64,000 bases of DNA from an uncultured Gammaproteobacteria bacterium (GCA_964431805.1 CAYSKV010000005.1:3435-67434), one strand, 5' to 3'; shown: positions 19,343 through 29,735, numbered from the stretch's first letter. The notes: generated by a model not told the origin, from the letters alone. A program made the numbers and translations.

Positions 19343-20845
19343 ATGGAACAAAATAGTCCTCAAAAAACAAAACAACATTCACCCTGGATAATCTTAGCTA
19401 CAGTTATGGTTGGAACTTTACTTATCGGTCTTGATTCTACGGTAGTGAATCTTGGCTTAGCTAAAATGATGAGCGACTTTGGAGTTTCCGTTTCCACAGC
19501 TAGCTGGATTTCTATCGCTTACATAATTTCCAACGCTGTCTTTATACCTGTTTTTGGCAAACTCGGCGATAAAATAGGAAACCGAAAAATTTATCTTTAT
19601 AGCTTTATAGGTTTTATATTTATTTCTATTCTTTGCGGATTAGCCTGGAATATTTCTTCGATGATATTTTTCCGGATTCTCCAGGGTTTAGTGGGAGCGG
19701 CTATTTCTCCCACGGCTATGTCATTGATTGCCAAAAATTTTACTGATCAAAAAACTCGCGCCCAAGCTTTAGGAATTTGGTCAGCTTCTTTCGCTGCCGC
19801 CATGGTAATTGGCCCATTAATCGGCGGGCCCATAATTGATAATTACTCTTGGAGAATGCTATTTTATATCAATCTCCCAGTTGGAATTATCGGAATTTTA
19901 ATGGTGCTTCTCTTTTTACCAAATGACGAAGGCAAAGAAAAGGGCGGCTTTGATTTTTATGGATCCATAACATTAGCCATAGCCCTTTCTAGCCTGGTTT
20001 TAGTATTAGAAAAAGGTCAGGATTGGGGCTGGACTTCAAACACAAGTCTCTTGGCCTATTTAATAACTATAATTTTTGGAATTTGGTTTGTTCAAATCGA
20101 AAAGAAACACCCTTATCCTATGATTGATTTAAAATTCTTTAAAAATCAAACTTTTGTTTCTGCTTTAGCGGTTTCCTTTGTTTCTTTTGGCGGCATGATG
20201 GGAGCTATGTTTCTTATTCCTGTTTTTGCCCAGACATATTTAGGATTTGATGCTACGCAAACAGGATTATTATTTTTGCCAATGTCTCTTACTATGTTTG
20301 TAGCGGCACCGATTGGCGCAAAACTTTCTCAAAAAATTCATGTTAGATATTGTGTTTTTTTAGGCATGTTAACAACGGCGTTTGCCATATCGCTTTTTAC
20401 AAAACTTGACCCCAAAACATCAACTTCAGATTTAATATTGCCCTTAATGACTCTGGCCACAGGAATGGGTATGGCGATGTCTCCTTTAACTAATACTGTC
20501 GCTAGCTCCGTACCTGCCCATGAAGTAGGAATGGCTTCAGCCGTTCTTAGTTTAATAAGAAGTATTGCTGGAGCGATGGGTATAGCTTTATTCGGAACTC
20601 TACTTAATAACGCCATAAAAACAAATGTCTTAGAATTAGGAGCTAACGCCATTATTAATAATTCAACCTATAATTCACTTGTAGCTAGCTTAGTTATTCT
20701 TAGAGCTACAGTATTGGCATACAGAGAAGTATTTTTAGTTTCTTCAATTATAGTAGCGACGGGAGCTTTTATCGGATTAACGCTTAAAGATCGAACAAAA
20801 ATAAAAGATGAAAGTGAAGATATAAAAATTATAGCGGAAGCATAA
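19343..20845 (+). CDS. MFS transporter, DHA2 (EmrB/QacA, 14-TM) family
   Basis: 500 aa. Motif A-like GKLGDKIGNRK, 14 hydrophobic segments. Confidence 0.85.
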   Translation: MEQNSPQKTKQHSPWIILATVMVGTLLIGLDSTVVNLGLAKMMSDFGVSVSTASWISIAYIISNAVFIPVFGKLGDKIGNRKIYLYSFIGFIFISILCGLAWNISSMIFFRILQGLVGAAISPTAMSLIAKNFTDQKTRAQALGIWSASFAAAMVIGPLIGGPIIDNYSWRMLFYINLPVGIIGILMVLLFLPNDEGKEKGGFDFYGSITLAIALSSLVLVLEKGQDWGWTSNTSLLAYLITIIFGIWFVQIEKKHPYPMIDLKFFKNQTFVSALAVSFVSFGGMMGAMFLIPVFAQTYLGFDATQTGLLFLPMSLTMFVAAPIGAKLSQKIHVRYCVFLGMLTTAFAISLFTKLDPKTSTSDLILPLMTLATGMGMAMSPLTNTVASSVPAHEVGMASAVLSLIRSIAGAMGIALFGTLLNNAIKTNVLELGANAIINNSTYNSLVASLVILRATVLAYREVFLVSSIIVATGAFIGLTLKDRTKIKDESEDIKIIAEA

Positions 20846-20908
20846 AAAAAATAAAATTCTCATAATAAAAATCACCTCAATAGGTGATTTTTATTTTATA
20901 TCTGCAAA

Positions 20909-21763
20909 TTATTTATTAAATTTATAACTTAATAACTTATAAATTAATTTAGCGGCCAAAAAATCCGATGATCTTTCATTTTTATTTGGCGCTAATTCAA
21001 CAATATCAAAACCCACGACATTTTTTTTCTTAATCACCTTTTTTAAAAATTGTAAAACTTGATACCAATAAAGTCCGCCCGGCTCAGGCGTGCCAGTCGA
21101 AGGTAAAATCGACGGATCAAAAACGTCTAAATCAATCGTAATATAAACCTGATCAGTTAATTTAGAAATAGCTTTATCCATCCAATCGGTTTTATTATAA
21201 ATATGTTCCGCAAAAAATATTCGGTCTTTTTTTATAAATGGCTTTTCAATAATATCCATGCTTCTGATGCCAACTTGCACAATCGGGCATAATTCCCGCA
21301 CGCGCGACATTACGCAAGCATGATTATATTTTGAACCATGGTACTCGGGACGTAAATCAGAATGCGCGTCAAGTTGCAAAACTGATAAATTTTTAAATTT
21401 TTTAGCGTAAGCCTTAGCTACGCCAGCAGTCACTGAATGCTCGCCGCCCAAAGTTACAATAAATTTATTTTGTTTTAAAAATTCACTAGCAGCCGCCTCA
21501 ACTTTTTTAACCATTTTTTCCGGTTTACCTTTCTCTATAATCGGTTTAGCTGTAAAAATATTTTTTTTATAAACTTCCGAAGCAGTTTCAATATCGTAAA
21601 GTTCCATGTTAGCGGAAGCTTCTAAAATAGCTTCTGGTCCTTTATCTGCGCCTTTACCCCAAGTTGATGTACCATCGTAAGGCACAGGCAAAATTACGAC
21701 TTTAGAAGTTTTTAATGTTGAATTGGCTTTTGGTAAATCACCAAAGTTTGTTTTATATGTCAT
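20909..21763 (-). CDS. speB: Agmatinase (arginase/ureohydrolase family)
   Basis: 284 aa. GGEHSVT, LDAHSDLR, ITIDLDVFDPS metal-binding motifs. Confidence 0.85.
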   Translation of the reverse strand: MTYKTNFGDLPKANSTLKTSKVVILPVPYDGTSTWGKGADKGPEAILEASANMELYDIETASEVYKKNIFTAKPIIEKGKPEKMVKKVEAAASEFLKQNKFIVTLGGEHSVTAGVAKAYAKKFKNLSVLQLDAHSDLRPEYHGSKYNHACVMSRVRELCPIVQVGIRSMDIIEKPFIKKDRIFFAEHIYNKTDWMDKAISKLTDQVYITIDLDVFDPSILPSTGTPEPGGLYWYQVLQFLKKVIKKKNVVGFDIVELAPNKNERSSDFLAAKLIYKLLSYKFNK

Positions 21764-21778
21764 ATATATAATTTTATT

Positions 21779-23308
21779 TTATGCTCTGCCAAAATAATTT
21801 GGCGCTTCTTTTTCCATGGTTATACCATGAGGATGTGATTCGCTTAAACCAGCCGAAGAAATATAATAGAAATCCCCCTTTTCATGTAACTCTTTAATAT
21901 CGGCCGCGCCAGTATAACCCATACCACTACGCAACCCGCCTAAAGCTTGAAAAATAATTTTTGCCACCTCGCCTTTAAAAGGCACGACCGCTTCTACGCC
22001 TTCGGGCACTAATTTATTTTTACCACTTTCGGACTGGGAATATCTTTCGCGCGACGCCTTATTCGCTTCCATAGCGCCAAGCGATCCCATGCCGCGATAT
22101 TGTTTAACCGGCATACCATTTCTCATAAAAACTTCGCCGGGAGTTTCGTTAGTGCCGGCAAACATTTTTCCTAGCATTACCGAATCAGCCCCAGCCGCAA
22201 TCGCTACCGTAATATCGCCGGAATATTCAATGCCGCCGTCAGCGCAAACCGCTACACCCGATCCTCTTAAAGCGCGCGCGCAATTATAAACGGCTGTAAC
22301 CTGCGGGCAACCAATACCAGCGACTACTCGCGTAGTGCAAATTGACCCCGGACCCTGCCCGACTTTAATTCCGTCGGCTCCAGCTGAAGCTAAACGCTTA
22401 GCCGAATCAGCTTCAGAAACATTTCCGGCCACCACATCAATTTTTGGATATTTTTTCTTAAGCTCTTTTAAAGTGTCGAGTACCGCGCGCGAATCGCCGT
22501 GTGCCGTATCCATTACTAATACATCAACGCCGCGCTCGTTTAACTGTTCGGCTCGTTCTAAAGCTTCTTTACCAATGCCAACCGCCGCGCCCACGCGTAA
22601 ATTACCATTCTTATCTAAATTATATGATGGCGAACCGCCAGTAATAATTCTTTTAACATCAGAATAAACATACATGCCGGTTAATTTGCTTTGTTTATCT
22701 ATAAGCGGTAGAATTTTTTTCTTGGTTTTTTGCATTACGCTAAAAGCTTGATTTAATAAAACACCATTTCGCGCAGTTGTTAAATTTTTAAATCTAGTCA
22801 TAATTTGCGCAACTTTTAAATTAGCATTCTGACAAAATTCAATGTCGCTTTCAGATATTAAACCGACTAATTTACCGCGGCTGTCTAAAACCGGAAAACT
22901 ATGAAAAGTATAACCCTTGTCTTCTTTCATTTTTAAAACGCTTTTAACGGTTTGATTTCCGTTTAAGCAAATTGGTTTTTCAATTAAGCCGTTTAAATAA
23001 AATTTTACGCGCGAAACTTCTTTGGCTTGATCTTTTGGCGTTAGTGCGCGATGAATTATACCTAAGCCTCCGCTCATAGCTAAAGCAATAGCCATTTTAT
23101 GCTCGGTTATCATATCCATAGGAGAACTTATGAGCGGCGCGTTCAACGGAATATTGCGAGAAAATTTACTAGATAGATTAACATTATTTGGCGCAACTTC
23201 AGAATGAGAAGTTTTTAATCTTACATCACCATAAGACAAGGCCATGCCCAATGCTGCTATTTTTTCAAAAAAATTATCCTTTTTTAATACTATATTTTTA
23301 TTTAACAT
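21779..23308 (-). CDS. guaB: IMP dehydrogenase with CBS pair
   Basis: 509 aa. [11 protein letters not shown] catalytic loop, CADGGI, GSLGAM. Confidence 0.95.
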   Translation of the reverse strand: MLNKNIVLKKDNFFEKIAALGMALSYGDVRLKTSHSEVAPNNVNLSSKFSRNIPLNAPLISSPMDMITEHKMAIALAMSGGLGIIHRALTPKDQAKEVSRVKFYLNGLIEKPICLNGNQTVKSVLKMKEDKGYTFHSFPVLDSRGKLVGLISESDIEFCQNANLKVAQIMTRFKNLTTARNGVLLNQAFSVMQKTKKKILPLIDKQSKLTGMYVYSDVKRIITGGSPSYNLDKNGNLRVGAAVGIGKEALERAEQLNERGVDVLVMDTAHGDSRAVLDTLKELKKKYPKIDVVAGNVSEADSAKRLASAGADGIKVGQGPGSICTTRVVAGIGCPQVTAVYNCARALRGSGVAVCADGGIEYSGDITVAIAAGADSVMLGKMFAGTNETPGEVFMRNGMPVKQYRGMGSLGAMEANKASRERYSQSESGKNKLVPEGVEAVVPFKGEVAKIIFQALGGLRSGMGYTGAADIKELHEKGDFYYISSAGLSESHPHGITMEKEAPNYFGRA

Positions 23309-23321
23309 ATATTTATTTTAA

Positions 23322-23370
23322 TCTACCCCAACCTGATTATTTTTGCAAATCTCGGCGTAAACTTTAATGC
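23322..23370 (-). pseudogene. Orphan 3'-terminal fragment (last ~16 codons plus stop) of a GH1 beta-glucosidase gene
   Basis: 23330-23370 matches 23785-23825 at 39/41 nt. In the same frame it reads IKVYAEICKNNQVGVD*, versus VKVYVEICKNNQVQLG* at the end of the intact gene. Confidence 0.7.
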
Positions 23371-23449
23371 CCAACCATTATTGACTAATTAGTATAAAAA
23401 CGTATAATATAATATCGATCATTTTAAAATAATTCTACAGGAGGCAATA

Positions 23450-23713
23450 ATGAAAATAAATGATTTAACAAAAGCGTTGGGTCTGGGCGAAGTTAATGAA
23501 AACACGGCAAGAACGTTGTTGACAATTGGGTTTATTATGGGAAGGGCTCAAGAAAAAACCGATAGAGCTAAAGAAATCAATCCGAGTTTAGCTCACGATG
23601 TCTTTCCTGCTCATGTTCGCGCAGTAATAGGACCACGCCCCGCTTTGACAGGAGGATTTTTCACAAAAGAAATGGCGGAAACAATTATAAGATTTAGAAT
23701 TATACCAGATTAA
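23450..23713 (+). CDS. Hypothetical protein (orphan cassette gene)
   Basis: 87 aa. Own promoter TTGACT(23381)-16-TATAAT(23403), SD AGGAGG, and own terminator ACCTGCT-tacacga-AAGCAGGT-T7. Confidence 0.6.
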   Translation: MKINDLTKALGLGEVNENTARTLLTIGFIMGRAQEKTDRAKEINPSLAHDVFPAHVRAVIGPRPALTGGFFTKEMAETIIRFRIIPD

Positions 23714-23772
23714 TTTTTTAATCAATCTATTTCCAACCTGCTTACACGAAAGCAGGTTTTTTTATAAAAAAA

Positions 23773-24990
23773 TTAACCTAACTGAACCTGATTATTTTTG
23801 CAAATCTCGACGTAAACTTTAACGCTTGGACGTGGCGTTCTTTTAAAAGTCTGTCGATTGACTTCGTATAAACCGAACTTTTGCGTCCAGCCAGCGGCCC
23901 ATTCAAAATTATCTAAAAGCGACCAATATGAATAACCCCTTATATCAACGCCTTTTTCAATTGCTAAATGAATATTTTTTAAAGATTCTTTAATAAACCA
24001 ACTTCTATATTTATCTTGACCGTCAGAAACGCCATGTTCGGTTATATAAATCGGCTTATTGTATTTTTTTAAATCGCGTAAAACAAAATAAATACTTTTT
24101 GGATAAAGCTCCCAGCCGAAATCAGAAACTATTTTATTTTCATTTTTATTAAAACCATAATTAATTACATTCCTGCGATAATGATTTAAACCGATAAAAT
24201 CCTGATAATTTTTTATTCTATTTAAAAAATAAAAATTCCACCACCAATCAGATAATTTTTTTAAAATAATATTTACGCATCTATTTTTATAGGCTTCAAA
24301 ATAAATATTATGTTTAGATATACCGATTTTAGCTTTGGGCGAAATCACTTTAATTTTTTTGTAAACTGACTTATGAACTTTTATTAAATTATTAAGCACG
24401 CGCCAATAAGCCAAAGGATTTTTTTTATTAGGCGGAAAAACACCAGTTAAATAAGAATAACCCGAATAAATATCCGGCTCATTTAAAGTCGTCCAAAAAA
24501 TTACATCATTTTTAAATTCGTTAACCATTTTTTCTGCATAACGGCAAAAATATTTTTCCATTTTACCAGACTCCCAACCGCCTAGATTTTTTAACCATAA
24601 GGGTATTGGATAATGCCACAAAGTAACAAACGGTTCAATATTATTTTCTTTTAATAACTTTATAATATTCCCATAACGATTAATCGCTTGAATATTAAAT
24701 TTTCCCTCTTCTGGTTCAATGCGCGACCATTCAATAGAAAATCGATAAGAGCTTACACTTAATTCTTTCAAGCATTTTAAATCATCAACAAACGATTCAA
24801 ATGAATTACAAGATAAACCACAAATATAATCTTCTAAATTTTTATTTTGCTTTTTTAACTGCTTAACCCTAGCTTCTGATTTTTCCCATTCACTCCAATC
24901 ATTAGTAATATTGCCTTCAACTTGATAAGCCGAGGTAGAGGCGCCCCAAAGAAAGCCTTTAGGAAATTTTAAAATTTGTTGTTTTGACAT
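23773..24990 (-). CDS. Glycoside hydrolase family 1 beta-glucosidase
   Basis: 405 aa. FLWGASTSAYQVEG, acid/base TLNEP, nucleophile YITEHG. Confidence 0.9.
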   Translation of the reverse strand: MSKQQILKFPKGFLWGASTSAYQVEGNITNDWSEWEKSEARVKQLKKQNKNLEDYICGLSCNSFESFVDDLKCLKELSVSSYRFSIEWSRIEPEEGKFNIQAINRYGNIIKLLKENNIEPFVTLWHYPIPLWLKNLGGWESGKMEKYFCRYAEKMVNEFKNDVIFWTTLNEPDIYSGYSYLTGVFPPNKKNPLAYWRVLNNLIKVHKSVYKKIKVISPKAKIGISKHNIYFEAYKNRCVNIILKKLSDWWWNFYFLNRIKNYQDFIGLNHYRRNVINYGFNKNENKIVSDFGWELYPKSIYFVLRDLKKYNKPIYITEHGVSDGQDKYRSWFIKESLKNIHLAIEKGVDIRGYSYWSLLDNFEWAAGWTQKFGLYEVNRQTFKRTPRPSVKVYVEICKNNQVQLG

Positions 24991-25097
24991 AATTTTATTA
25001 TATCATCTTTCTAATCTTAAATAAAAATTTACCAACAACTGTTGACTTTAGGCTAATTTTATTGTAAAGTAAAAAAATAAATTATTAAAAAATATTC

Positions 25098-27065
25098 ATG
25101 AACATTACTGAATTAGCCAGAATTTTAAAAGTCCCGACCCAAGAGCTGCGCGATAAGTTGCCGCTGATTGGTTTTGATATTGGTCAAAAAGCCATTAAGG
25201 TAGATAATAAAATTGCTCAACGCATTATTCAGGAATGGCCAATCTTAATTAAACAACTCGCGGCAAAAGAACAAGCAGCTAAGAAAGAAGAGGCGGTAAG
25301 CGCTATAGCAACTACTGAAAAACCAGAAATAAAAATCCCCCAATTTATTACGGTTAGAGATTTTTCCAATATCACTGGTTCTCCGGTAAATAAAATTTTA
25401 TCTGAATTGATGAAAAATGGAATCTTCAGCTCGCTTAATGAAAAAATTGATTTTGATACCGCCGCTATTATCGGCCAAGACTTAGGTTTAAATATTGTGC
25501 CTGCTAAAGAGGATGAAATAGAAAAAGAAGCTGAGGTTGATATTTTAAAACAAGTCTTCAGCCAGGAAAATCAAGTTGACTTAATTTCCAGGGCGCCGAT
25601 CATCGTTGTAATGGGGCATGTTGATCACGGCAAAACAAAATTGCTTGACGCCATAAGACAAACCGATGTAGTGGCTGGCGAAGCTGGCGGCATTACTCAG
25701 CATATCGGCGCTTATCAAATAATCCACAATAATAAGCCAATCACTTTTATAGATACTCCCGGACATGAAGCGTTTACGGCTATGAGAAATCGCGGCGCGC
25801 GCATTGCCGATATCGCGATTTTAGTTGTCGCTGCGGATGACGGCGTTAAACCGCAAACGGTTGAAGCTTTCCGCATTATTGAAGCGGCCAAAATTCCTTT
25901 TATCGTGGCTATAAATAAAATTGATAAGCCGGAAGCTAATATTGATATGGCAAAAAGAGAATTAGGCGAACAGTTAAATATTATTCCTGAGGATTGGGGT
26001 GGTAAAACTATTTGTATGCCGATTTCGGCTAAAAATAATACTGGCATCAGTGAGCTTTTAGACATGCTACTCTTAACCGCGGAAATGGAAGCAAAAAATA
26101 TTATAGCTAACCCTGAGGCTAGCGCTTCAGGCACAATTATTGAATCGCATATTGATCGAGGGCAAGGTCCGGTCGCCACGGTTTTAATTCAAAACGGCAC
26201 ATTAAAAGTCGGTGATCCTATGACTTTTAACGGCTTATTTTATGGCAAAGTTAGAGCTTTAGAAGATTATGCTGGCAGAAATGTTAAATCAGCACTGCCT
26301 TCTACTCCGGTAAAAATAATCGGCTTAAAGATGGCTCCGGTTGTCGGCGATATTATGCAAATTGGCCAAGGCGAAAAAATTAAAGCTAGTAAAATTTTCT
26401 CTCGCTCTGCCGAAACCTCTAAACCCAAAGAAGAAAAGAAAACCGCGGTTGATGTTAAAAATATAAACTTACTTATTAAAAGCGACGTTTTAGGTTCTGG
26501 CGAAGCTATTGAAGGATCGCTAGCAAAAATTGATCAAGAAGAAGTTAAAATAAATATTATCGCTAAAGGTTTAGGTAATATCACCGAGGGCGATATTGCG
26601 CGCGCTGAAGATAGCCAGGCTAAAATTTTAGGCTTTAACGTTAAAATTACTCCTCAGGCTCAAAAATTAGCCAGAGAAAAAAATGTTGAAATTAAAAGTT
26701 ACAAAGTAATTTATGAATTAATCAACGATCTTAAAGCCGAAGTTGATGGTTTAATTGAAGCAAAAATGGTTAGAGTTGATTTAGGCAGAATGAAAGTTTT
26801 AGCAATCTTTAGAACTGAAAAATCAAGCCAAATCGTTGGCGGACGAATAATTGACGGCCGAACCGAAGCTAATGCTTTAATTGAAGTCATGCGCAACAAA
26901 CAAATTATAGCGGAAGGTAAATTGGCAAAATTACAAATTGCTAAGCAAGATGTCGGCGTTGTTGATGTTAATCAAGAATGTGGCATCAGCTTTGAAGGCA
27001 AGCCCGTAATTCAAGTTGATGATATTCTACAATTTTATAAAATGGAAAAAGAAAAAAAACAATAA
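25098..27065 (+). CDS. infB: Translation initiation factor IF-2
   Basis: 655 aa. GHVDHGKTKLLD, DTPGH, NKID GTPase motifs. Confidence 0.95.
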   Translation: MNITELARILKVPTQELRDKLPLIGFDIGQKAIKVDNKIAQRIIQEWPILIKQLAAKEQAAKKEEAVSAIATTEKPEIKIPQFITVRDFSNITGSPVNKILSELMKNGIFSSLNEKIDFDTAAIIGQDLGLNIVPAKEDEIEKEAEVDILKQVFSQENQVDLISRAPIIVVMGHVDHGKTKLLDAIRQTDVVAGEAGGITQHIGAYQIIHNNKPITFIDTPGHEAFTAMRNRGARIADIAILVVAADDGVKPQTVEAFRIIEAAKIPFIVAINKIDKPEANIDMAKRELGEQLNIIPEDWGGKTICMPISAKNNTGISELLDMLLLTAEMEAKNIIANPEASASGTIIESHIDRGQGPVATVLIQNGTLKVGDPMTFNGLFYGKVRALEDYAGRNVKSALPSTPVKIIGLKMAPVVGDIMQIGQGEKIKASKIFSRSAETSKPKEEKKTAVDVKNINLLIKSDVLGSGEAIEGSLAKIDQEEVKINIIAKGLGNITEGDIARAEDSQAKILGFNVKITPQAQKLAREKNVEIKSYKVIYELINDLKAEVDGLIEAKMVRVDLGRMKVLAIFRTEKSSQIVGGRIIDGRTEANALIEVMRNKQIIAEGKLAKLQIAKQDVGVVDVNQECGISFEGKPVIQVDDILQFYKMEKEKKQ

Positions 27066-27077
27066 TCTCTAGATAAT

Positions 27078-27419
27078 ATGCCTCGCCGAATTGAACAATT
27101 AAATGAACAACTAAAAGAAGAGATAGCCAATCTAATAATAAAAGAAGTGGCTTTAAACAACGGTTTAATCACCGTTTGTTTTGTTAATTGCTCAACTGAC
27201 TTAAAACATGCTAAAATTGCTATCTCAGTTTTACCGGATAAATTTGGTCCATCAGTTTTAAAAAAGATGAGGCACCTTTCCGGACTTTTTAGCCGAGAAT
27301 TAAAAAATAAATTAAGAATCAGACAAATCCCAAGATTCCATTGGGTGCTTGATACAACCGAAAGCCGCGCGGCCGAAATTGAAGATATAATTAAACAGAT
27401 AAAGGAAGAGGAGGAATAA
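27078..27419 (+). CDS. rbfA: Ribosome-binding factor A
   Basis: 113 aa. Conserved infB-rbfA synteny. R..ql.e.lkeeia pattern and IPRFHWVLD. Confidence 0.85.
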   Translation: MPRRIEQLNEQLKEEIANLIIKEVALNNGLITVCFVNCSTDLKHAKIAISVLPDKFGPSVLKKMRHLSGLFSRELKNKLRIRQIPRFHWVLDTTESRAAEIEDIIKQIKEEEE

Positions 27420-27422
27420 AAT

Positions 27423-28376
27423 ATGGAAACTCAACTATTACAAAAAGCCTACAATTTAATAAAAACTGCCAACGACATTTTGGTTGTAACCCACGAACAA
27501 CCGGATGGCGACGCCCTAGCTTCGCTTTGTTTAATCGCAGAAGTTTTAAAATTAACCGACAAAAAATATTGGCTTTACTGCTCTAGCGAAGTTAACAATC
27601 AATACGATTTTTTACCAAATTTTGAAAAATTAAAAAATTTTTACGAAAAGTTTGACTTTGATTTAATAATTACCTTAGATTGCGGTTCAGTCGAACGCAC
27701 AAAATTAACTAAAGAAATTCTGGGCCGTAAGCCTAATCAATTAGTGCTTGAAATAGATCATCATCCTAAAATTAAAGACTACGCGGATTTAGAAGTCCGC
27801 GATTCAGCCGCGGCCGCGACTACGGAGATATTATATTATTTTATTAAAGCCAATAAAATAAAAATAACTAAAGACCTGGCTAGCTGCGTTTTAACCGGTA
27901 TTCTAACCGACACGGGAAATTTTCTTTATCCTTCAACTTCCCCAGAGACCGTTAATATCGCTTCAGAAATGTTAGTTAAGGGCGCTAAACTGCCTCAGAT
28001 TATGGAAAATACTTGGCGCAATAAATCAATTGCTTCTATGAAAACTTGGGGTAAGGCCATGTCTGGTTTAAAAATAAATAAACAATACAATTTTGGTTTT
28101 ACAGTTTTAAAAAGCGAAGACGTGCCCGAAGAAGTAACCGAAGAAGAACTTGAGGGTATGTCCGGATTTTTAAGCAACTTAAACGCGGTCAATGGTGTAA
28201 TGATTTTGCGCGAATTACCAGATGGCAGAATTAAAGGCAGTTTGCGCACCTCTAAACCTAAAATAGATGTTTCTAAATTAGCGCGCGCTTTAGGCGGCGG
28301 CGGACATGCTAAAGCGGCCGGATTTACCGCTGAAGGAAAAATTATAAAAACGGAAAAGGGCTGGAAGATTGAGTAA
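27423..28376 (+). CDS. nrnA: DHH/DHHA1 phosphoesterase (NrnA-like oligoribonuclease/pAp phosphatase)
   Basis: 317 aa. HEQPDGDALAS, DHH (EIDHHP), GGGHAKAAG. Confidence 0.85.
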   Translation: METQLLQKAYNLIKTANDILVVTHEQPDGDALASLCLIAEVLKLTDKKYWLYCSSEVNNQYDFLPNFEKLKNFYEKFDFDLIITLDCGSVERTKLTKEILGRKPNQLVLEIDHHPKIKDYADLEVRDSAAAATTEILYYFIKANKIKITKDLASCVLTGILTDTGNFLYPSTSPETVNIASEMLVKGAKLPQIMENTWRNKSIASMKTWGKAMSGLKINKQYNFGFTVLKSEDVPEEVTEEELEGMSGFLSNLNAVNGVMILRELPDGRIKGSLRTSKPKIDVSKLARALGGGGHAKAAGFTAEGKIIKTEKGWKIE

Positions 28377-28570
28377 AAATTTTTGAATTTTTAATTTTGT
28401 AATTTTATAAATAATTTTTAATATCCTAATATTTAAATATTAAAAATTCAGATATTATTTAAAAATTAAAAATTGGAAATTAAAAATTTAATAATATTGA
28501 CTTTAAGCGATAAAGCAACTAAAATTAATAATATTTTAATAATTATAATTAATAATTAAATTTAAAACAT

Positions 28571-29149
28571 ATGCCATTAATCCCAACGGTTATTGAAAAA
28601 TCAGGCCAAATTGAACGAGCTTACGATATTTATTCTCGCCTATTAAAAGATCGCATCATTTTTTTAGGCGAACAGATTACTGACCATACAGCCAATATTA
28701 TTATCGCTCAATTTTTATTTTTAGACGCCGAAAGTAAGGGCAAGGATATAAAATTTTATATAAACACTCCAGGCGGTTCGGTTACGGCCGGTATGGCTAT
28801 TTATGATACCATGCAATATATTAAATCTGACGTTTCCACTATTTGCGTAGGCATGGCCGCTTCTATGGGCGCGGTTTTACTTGCGGCTGGAACTAAAGGT
28901 AAAAGATTTACTCTGCCGAATTCGGAAATTTTAATTCATCAAGTTATGGGCGGTTTTGAAGGCCAAGCCTCAGACATTAAAATTCACTCCGAACATATTT
29001 TAAGAGTTAGAGAAAAATTAAATAAAATTTTAGCTAAACATACTGGGCAACCAATCGGAACGATTGAAAAAGATACTGACCGCGATCATTTTATGAGCGC
29101 GGATGAAGCGGTTAAATACGGCATCGTTGATAAAGTAATTGTAAAATAA
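28571..29149 (+). CDS. clpP: ATP-dependent Clp protease proteolytic subunit
   Basis: 192 aa. Catalytic GMAASMGA (Ser), IHQ (His), and D in RDHFMSA. Confidence 0.95.
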   Translation: MPLIPTVIEKSGQIERAYDIYSRLLKDRIIFLGEQITDHTANIIIAQFLFLDAESKGKDIKFYINTPGGSVTAGMAIYDTMQYIKSDVSTICVGMAASMGAVLLAAGTKGKRFTLPNSEILIHQVMGGFEGQASDIKIHSEHILRVREKLNKILAKHTGQPIGTIEKDTDRDHFMSADEAVKYGIVDKVIVK

Positions 29150-29183
29150 ATTATTAAATTTTAAGTTGATAAGGAGGATCCAG

Positions 29184-29333
29184 ATGTACTACTATTTATT
29201 AATATGTGGATGCGGCTGTGTAGGTAAAACTGTCTCGCAAACGTATATTGCAAACTCCGAAGACAATTGTCCAAACTGCGGTAGTAAAGTTAAGCGAATT
29301 TCTGTTTCAAAGGAGCAATACGACGCGGCATAA
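29184..29333 (+). CDS. Unannotated 49-aa zinc-ribbon mini-protein
   Basis: Not in the ORF track (under 60 aa). AAGGAGGAtccagATG then MYYYLLICGCGCVGKTVSQTYIANSEDNCPNCGSKVKRISVSKEQYDAA*. Followed by the hairpin AGGGGAATAA..TTATTCCCCT-T8. Confidence 0.55.
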   Translation: MYYYLLICGCGCVGKTVSQTYIANSEDNCPNCGSKVKRISVSKEQYDAA

Positions 29334-29507
29334 CAAAAATCATTAGGGGAATAAAGTTATTATTCCCCTCTTTTTTTAAAAAACATTTAATAAAAACACG
29401 CTTCGTTTTAGAAGCGTGTTTTTGTATATTAGAATATATTAAATAAATAATTAAAAAGTTTTTGGGGGAGAATTTTTTATCCTCCCCCGGTGTCCTGATT
29501 TCCTTTC

Positions 29508-29699
29508 TTAAATCAGGGCTAAGATTGCTACTGCAATCAAGAAAAAAAGCGGGAAAGTTGTCTGGCTTGTTTTCTTTGGTTGTTGTTTGGCTTTAAAATA
29601 ACGCGCCTTCCTGGCAAATGCATCCATTCTTTCTATTCCTTCTTTTCTGTCAGGGCAGGTCGGGCAATAACGCCTTTGACAATTATTACAATTTACCAT
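29508..29699 (-). CDS. 63-aa tail-anchored zinc-ribbon-like protein
   Basis: AAGGAGGAtacgaccATG. N-terminal CNNC..CPTC, basic linker, C-terminal TM FPLFFLIAVAILALI. Confidence 0.55.
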   Translation of the reverse strand: MVNCNNCQRRYCPTCPDRKEGIERMDAFARKARYFKAKQQPKKTSQTTFPLFFLIAVAILALI

Positions 29700-29735
29700 G
29701 GTCGTATCCTCCTTGTTACTGATTATTTTTTCCTT

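Noticed and set aside
28377-28570. Repetitive AT-rich spacer (aaaattaaaaatt, aatatttaaatatt motifs) between nrnA and clpP that superficially looks like a repeat array
   Set aside because: It has no regular repeat-spacer periodicity and no conserved unit of 20 nt or longer. It is low-complexity AT sequence containing a plausible clpP promoter. It is not a CRISPR array, and no CRISPR array or cas gene exists anywhere in the window.
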